The notes under the pieces are model-generated. The model did no database searches and had not been told where the DNA came from. It was given only the letters and a program-made list of their open reading frames with translations. Shown piece by piece: positions 59,564-64,000 of a stretch of 64,000 nucleotides of DNA. A program made the translations under genes and the position numbers. Numbering within the stretch: the stretch's first letter is position 1; every line of letters begins with the position of its first letter. Source of the stretch: Acidobacteriota bacterium (lineage in GTDB: Bacteria > Acidobacteriota > UBA6911 > RPQK01 > JAJDTT01). The stretch is taken from NCBI GenBank assembly GCA_965209055.1, contig OZ242374.1:2112001-2176000 (forward strand), given 5' to 3'.

Positions 59564-62131
59564 TCATTCCCGGGTGAAAAACTCGTCTACGTTGAGCAGC
59601 ACGCTGGCCGCCATGTACCAGACCGCCTCCTCCTGGCCCTTCTTTCCGTCCGGCATGGCAAGGCTCAGAATCTCTTCCGTCTCCGCCGGATCGGCGCGAA
59701 ACTCCTGGCGCTGGGTGGTCAACAGGCGCTCCAGCCGGGCTTTCTCCTGGGGCTCCGGCGGTCGGGTCAGGCAGATTCTGAAGAGATGGTCGAGGCGTTC
59801 CGAGTCCGTGCCGTCCGGAAGCTCTCTCAGGACTCTGTAGGCCAGGCCTTGGGCGAACTCGTGAAATCCTTCGTCGTTCAGAAGCGTCAGGGCCTGCAAC
59901 GGCGTCGTCGACCGGTTTCGGCGGGTGACCGTCAACATGGCGTCCGGGCTGTCGAAGACTGCCAGAGCCGGATGGGGACTGAGTCGCCAGTAGTAGGTGT
60001 ACAGTCCTCGCCGATACCGGTCCTGCCCCTTGCTTTCCGGCCATCGCTCATGGCTCCCGTCGGGCCTGGCGCCATTCTTGATGATGACCCAGGGGGGTTG
60101 CGGCGGGTATACGCTCGGCCCGCCGATCTTCGGCGCCAGGAGGCCGCTCGCCGACAACGCCAGGTCGCGGATCACTTCCGACTCGACGCGCAGCCGGTTC
60201 TGCCGCGCCAGCAGGCGGTTGCGGGGGTCCTCCTGCCGGAGATCCGGGCGGTGCCGGGACGACTGCCGATAGGTGGCCGAGGTGGCGATGAGGCGATGGA
60301 TGGCCTTCAGGCTCCAGTCCTGAGCCACGAACTCCGAGGCCAGCCAGTCCAGGAGCCGGGCGTGGGAGGGAGGGGTGCCCTGGGTTCCGAAATCGTTGCT
60401 GGTCTCGACGATTCCAGTACCGAAATACCGCTGCCAGATCCGGTTGACGGTGACCCGCGGCGTCAGGGGATTCTTCTCGTCCACGAGCCAGTGGCCCAGG
60501 TCCAGGCGAGTGTAATTCTCACGTTCGGGCAACGGCGGCAGCACGGCCAGGGTTCCGGGCCAGACCTGAATCCCCTTCTGCAGGAAATCGCCTCCCAGCA
60601 GTACGTGGGTCGGACGGGGTTCGGGCAACTCCCGCATGACCAACGTGCTGGGGATGTCGGGCTTCAGCTCCCCGACGGTTGCCAGCGCTTTCGTTCGTTC
60701 CTGATGTCCCGCATCCTGCCGGAAATAGGCGCGCCGCGTGTACCTCTGCTGCTCCGGATGGCGTTCCGCGATGGGAATCTTCAGAGCGGCCAGATGGCCC
60801 GGGGTCAGCTTGGCGCGGGCTTCTTCGTCCAGGTTGGCCTCCCACTCCTCCTGCTTGGAAACCAACAGTTCCTCGTACTTCTCGTTTTCCTCCCGCATCG
60901 CCTTGAGCTGGGCCTGGATGGCATCACGCCGCGCAAATTGTTCGGGGGTGCCGAACTCCATGATCGGCTCGTAGGCGCGGGCGCGTCCGGCTTGGTTCTT
61001 GTACTCGCCGCTCAGCTCGTCGATGTTGTTGAAGAAGGAGAAGAACCGGTAGAACTCCCGTTGGGAGACGGGGTCGTACTTGTGGTCGTGGCAGCGGGCG
61101 CAGCCCAGGGTCAGACCCAGGAAGACGACGCCCGTGGTATGCACCCGGTCGACCACCGCCTCGACGCGGTACTGTTCGAAGTCGATGCCCCCCTCCAGAT
61201 TCAACTGGGTGTTGCGGTGAAATCCCGTGGCGATGACCTGGTCCCGGGTGGGCTCGGGCATCAGGTCGCCGGCGATCTGCTCGACCACGAACTCGTCGTA
61301 GGGAAGGTCGCGGTTCAGAGCCTCGATCACCCAGTCCCGGTATTTCCAGATCTTGCGGGGCAGGTCGTTGTTGTAGCCGTCCGAGTCGGCATATCGGGCC
61401 AGATCGAGCCAATGGCGTCCCCAGCGCTCGCCGTAGTGCGGCGACCCCAGCAGCCCGTCGATGAGCCGTTCATAGGCGTCCGAGCGCGTATCTTCCAGAA
61501 ATGCGTCCACCTCCTCGGGGCGGGGCAACAGTCCGACCAGGTCCAGATAGGCCCGGCGGATCAGGGTGGCCTTCTCCGCTTCCGGCGATGGTTTCAAACC
61601 TTGCTGATCGAGGCGGGCGAGGATGAAGCGGTCGATGGGATTGCGCACCCAGCCGGCGTCGGACACTGCCGGTTCCGCGGGACGCCGGATGGGCTGGAAC
61701 GCCCAGTGTTTCGACGGGTCCTCCATGGCCTTGGCCCGGTCCGGCGCCGGGTCGGGCCAGGGAAGCCCCATTCGGATCCAACGGACCAGCGCCGAAACCT
61801 CCTGATCGGCCAGCGCCTCCCCTGGAGGCATCTTCAAATCGCCCTGCCGCCTGATGGCGTGGACGAGAAGGCTCTCCCCGGGCAGGCCCTCGGCCACGGC
61901 TTCGCCCCGGTTTCCACCCTTGAGGAGCCCCTCCCGGCTATCGGTGGAGAGGCCGCTGGTGGGCAGCTTGTCGTTGTGACAGCCGGAACACTTGTTCCGC
62001 AGGACCGGACGGATCCGGTTTTCGAAGAACTGGATCTGGTCCGCGGAAAACCGCGCCGTCTCCGCCGCGGCGAGCAGATGGAAACTACTGCAAGCGGTGA
62101 GGATCAAGACTGTTAGGAGAGGGCGAACCAT
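59564..62131 (-). CDS. Planctomycete cytochrome c + DUF1549/DUF1553 protein
   Basis: FFENRIRPVL..KCSGCH, HWAFQP, YGERWGRHWLDLARYADS, CARCHDHKYDP, TPLQALTLLN. Confidence 0.92.
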   Translation of the reverse strand: MVRPLLTVLILTACSSFHLLAAAETARFSADQIQFFENRIRPVLRNKCSGCHNDKLPTSGLSTDSREGLLKGGNRGEAVAEGLPGESLLVHAIRRQGDLKMPPGEALADQEVSALVRWIRMGLPWPDPAPDRAKAMEDPSKHWAFQPIRRPAEPAVSDAGWVRNPIDRFILARLDQQGLKPSPEAEKATLIRRAYLDLVGLLPRPEEVDAFLEDTRSDAYERLIDGLLGSPHYGERWGRHWLDLARYADSDGYNNDLPRKIWKYRDWVIEALNRDLPYDEFVVEQIAGDLMPEPTRDQVIATGFHRNTQLNLEGGIDFEQYRVEAVVDRVHTTGVVFLGLTLGCARCHDHKYDPVSQREFYRFFSFFNNIDELSGEYKNQAGRARAYEPIMEFGTPEQFARRDAIQAQLKAMREENEKYEELLVSKQEEWEANLDEEARAKLTPGHLAALKIPIAERHPEQQRYTRRAYFRQDAGHQERTKALATVGELKPDIPSTLVMRELPEPRPTHVLLGGDFLQKGIQVWPGTLAVLPPLPERENYTRLDLGHWLVDEKNPLTPRVTVNRIWQRYFGTGIVETSNDFGTQGTPPSHARLLDWLASEFVAQDWSLKAIHRLIATSATYRQSSRHRPDLRQEDPRNRLLARQNRLRVESEVIRDLALSASGLLAPKIGGPSVYPPQPPWVIIKNGARPDGSHERWPESKGQDRYRRGLYTYYWRLSPHPALAVFDSPDAMLTVTRRNRSTTPLQALTLLNDEGFHEFAQGLAYRVLRELPDGTDSERLDHLFRICLTRPPEPQEKARLERLLTTQRQEFRADPAETEEILSLAMPDGKKGQEEAVWYMAASVLLNVDEFFTRE

Positions 62132-62244
62132 GGCCCTAGCCTACCACTGTTCCATCACCACGTTCCATCACAGCGGGGACGGGCATCCCGCCGGGAGCCG
62201 CACTCTGCCGGCTCGATGGAATCGGGGGTGACGTTCCACGAATT

Positions 62245-63465
62245 TCATCGTTCGTAACCCGCGAAATCAATCGGTGCCTCGACCAGCCACTTGTGCAGGA
62301 ACCGCTGCCAGGCCGGGTCGATGTGGTGTCCGTTGGCCGAATGTCCGTCCGGCGTGGGCACGTATTCGTATCGTTCCCGGACTCCGAGAAATTCGTAGAC
62401 TTCCGCCGAACGGTTGCAGTACCCCTCGTTGTGCAGGTCAGCCATTCGTCCGCCGATGAGCATGAAGCCCCGGGGCGCGCACATGGCCATCAGCTCGTGG
62501 TGGTTCCGCTCGAGTCCGGGACGGCCCACGTCGGGATTCAGCAGGCTCAGGACGGTGCCACGCAGGCCGTGTATTGGGTAATCGTGCGTGCGGATGCCGG
62601 GGAACCGTTTCAGCCAGTCCAGGTACCAGGGCTTGAACCAGTTGGTCCTGCCGTTGAGGGCGACTCCCGGATCGAAAGAGACCGTCGCCTTGATCTCGGG
62701 GACGAGGGCGGCGGCGTAGATGGCCGCCTTGGCGCTCAGGGAGAATCCCATGAACCCGATCCGGTCCGCGTCCACCTCCGGCAGGGAGCTCAGGTATTCC
62801 ACCTCCCGCGAGACGTCGTGGATCATCTTGCCCATGGGCAGCCAGTGTCCGAACCGGGAATAGAGTGTCTCGTGCACCCCGTTGCGAAAGCTCCGGCCCT
62901 CCCGGTACTTCTTGATGAAGGATTGGCTGGTCAGGACCACGAAGCCGCGGCGCGCCAGGTAGCTGCCCCACCATTGCTCGGGAGCATCGTAGTCGGAGCT
63001 GGTGGCAGCCCAGGCGATGACCGCGGGAAATGGGCCGGATCCCTGGTCCTTGGGTAGCAGCAGGAGGTGGTCCTGGAAAAAATCGACCTCCATGGGAAGC
63101 CCCAGGTGGATCCGTGTGTAGCCGTCATGCTCTTGGCGACTGTAAACCTGGGTCTTCGTGATGTCTCCGAACCAACGCCGGTCCTCCGGCGCGGGACTCA
63201 GCTTGCCCAGGATCCGGGTCCAGAGTTCCACCAGCTCAGGTCGCCGGCGCGCATACCAATCCTCCGCGGTCTCGACCTTCTGCCCGTCTTCAGAAACCAG
63301 AGCCGAAGGGATTTCCATCAGGTGTTGCCCTGGTTGCCTGGAAGGTCCCCGGACCCAGGGATGGTAGGTGATCCTTCCCAGGTTTCCGGTCTCCCCTGGC
63401 GCCAGCGAAGTCAGAATGAGTCCCAACAGGCCCGCGAGGACCGATTTCCTGTATTTCCGTCTCAC
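62245..63465 (-). CDS. Secreted alpha/beta hydrolase (dienelactone hydrolase/esterase-like)
   Basis: LARRGFVVL, YLSSLPEVDADRIGFMGFSLSA, HHELMAMCAPR, DGH. Confidence 0.85.
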   Translation of the reverse strand: MRRKYRKSVLAGLLGLILTSLAPGETGNLGRITYHPWVRGPSRQPGQHLMEIPSALVSEDGQKVETAEDWYARRRPELVELWTRILGKLSPAPEDRRWFGDITKTQVYSRQEHDGYTRIHLGLPMEVDFFQDHLLLLPKDQGSGPFPAVIAWAATSSDYDAPEQWWGSYLARRGFVVLTSQSFIKKYREGRSFRNGVHETLYSRFGHWLPMGKMIHDVSREVEYLSSLPEVDADRIGFMGFSLSAKAAIYAAALVPEIKATVSFDPGVALNGRTNWFKPWYLDWLKRFPGIRTHDYPIHGLRGTVLSLLNPDVGRPGLERNHHELMAMCAPRGFMLIGGRMADLHNEGYCNRSAEVYEFLGVRERYEYVPTPDGHSANGHHIDPAWQRFLHKWLVEAPIDFAGYER

Positions 63466-63621
63466 TCGGCTCCCCTTACTTGTGCAAAATATGTAGGTGC
63501 GCCCCTTGTGAGCGCCCTCGTTCGTCTGTTGAGGAGGGACGACTTTCCAGTCGATTCTTTAACCTCTCCTGCCTCTTCTCTGGTTCCTCTTTCCTCGAAT
63601 TCCCACACTCTCTCACGAGCA

Positions 63622-63888
63622 TCAGCGCTGGATTTTCTTGTACACGTCACGGCGGTGGCCGATCGCAACGACGAGGATTTCAATGCGAGATTCGATAAGG
63701 CGATAGATGATGCGGTAACGTCCGGTGCGCCAGGCACGCAAGCCCGTCAAGCCAAGGCGCAGCCGTTTGCCGTGTTCCGGGTCCTTGCTGAGTTTCTGCA
63801 GGGTGTCACGAATACGCTTTCGGACAGTTGGAACTAGTTTCTTGATCGCGCGTGCGGCACTGGGCGCATACTTGATAGTCCATGTCAA
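63622..63888 (-). CDS. relE: RelE/ParE-family toxin
   Basis: TTG 63888: TWTIKYAPSAARAIKKL...WRTGRYRIIY...VVAIGHRRDVY. Confidence 0.9.
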   Translation of the reverse strand: MTWTIKYAPSAARAIKKLVPTVRKRIRDTLQKLSKDPEHGKRLRLGLTGLRAWRTGRYRIIYRLIESRIEILVVAIGHRRDVYKKIQR

Positions 63889-64000
63889 TCCCAGACGTCC
63901 TCGTGGCTCATCAGATTGCCCGCTGCTGCTTCCGCCAAGCCCTGTCTGATCGATGTCGTCAACTCTCGGTCCGCCAGGATTTCCCAAGGTTCGATGGAAC
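63885..64000 (-). CDS. Antitoxin of the RelE module, 3' part only
   Basis: ...EILADRELTTSIRQGLAEAAAGNLMSHEDVWD*; the TGA overlaps the toxin TTG. Confidence 0.75.
   Translation of the reverse strand, partial: SIEPWEILADRELTTSIRQGLAEAAAGNLMSHEDVWD

Overview
A high-GC bacterial window whose gene content (two DUF1501 + DUF1549/DUF1553 clusters, ankyrin-TPR protein, BNR/sialidase, SSS transporter) suggests an Acidobacteriota/PVC-like, possibly host-associated organism; this taxonomy is inference. Housekeeping and catabolic genes (icd, class IV and V aminotransferases, M19 dipeptidase, GntP, FAD/Fe-S oxidase, hydrolases, tRNA-Asn) alternate with eroding accessory DNA: a decaying Fe-siderophore/cobalamin-type ABC locus (1-4.4 kb), six type II toxin-antitoxin loci (four with the toxin destroyed), a complete IS5 with a CTAG duplication, REP-like hairpins and a 2 kb gene duplication. 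Three leads stand out. (1) A cassette of tandem AAA+ ATPase, DriD-like WYL regulator and PD-(D/E)XK nuclease, preceded by a DriD-type operator next to an extended -10; it is a candidate ssDNA-inducible defence or stress system. (2) An NADP-isocitrate dehydrogenase with a CxxC-x9-CxxC insert in the Ser113 loop. (3) A Reeler + YceI + Cyc2-like cytochrome-porin operon. All family calls come from motif recognition by eye; no database search was run.
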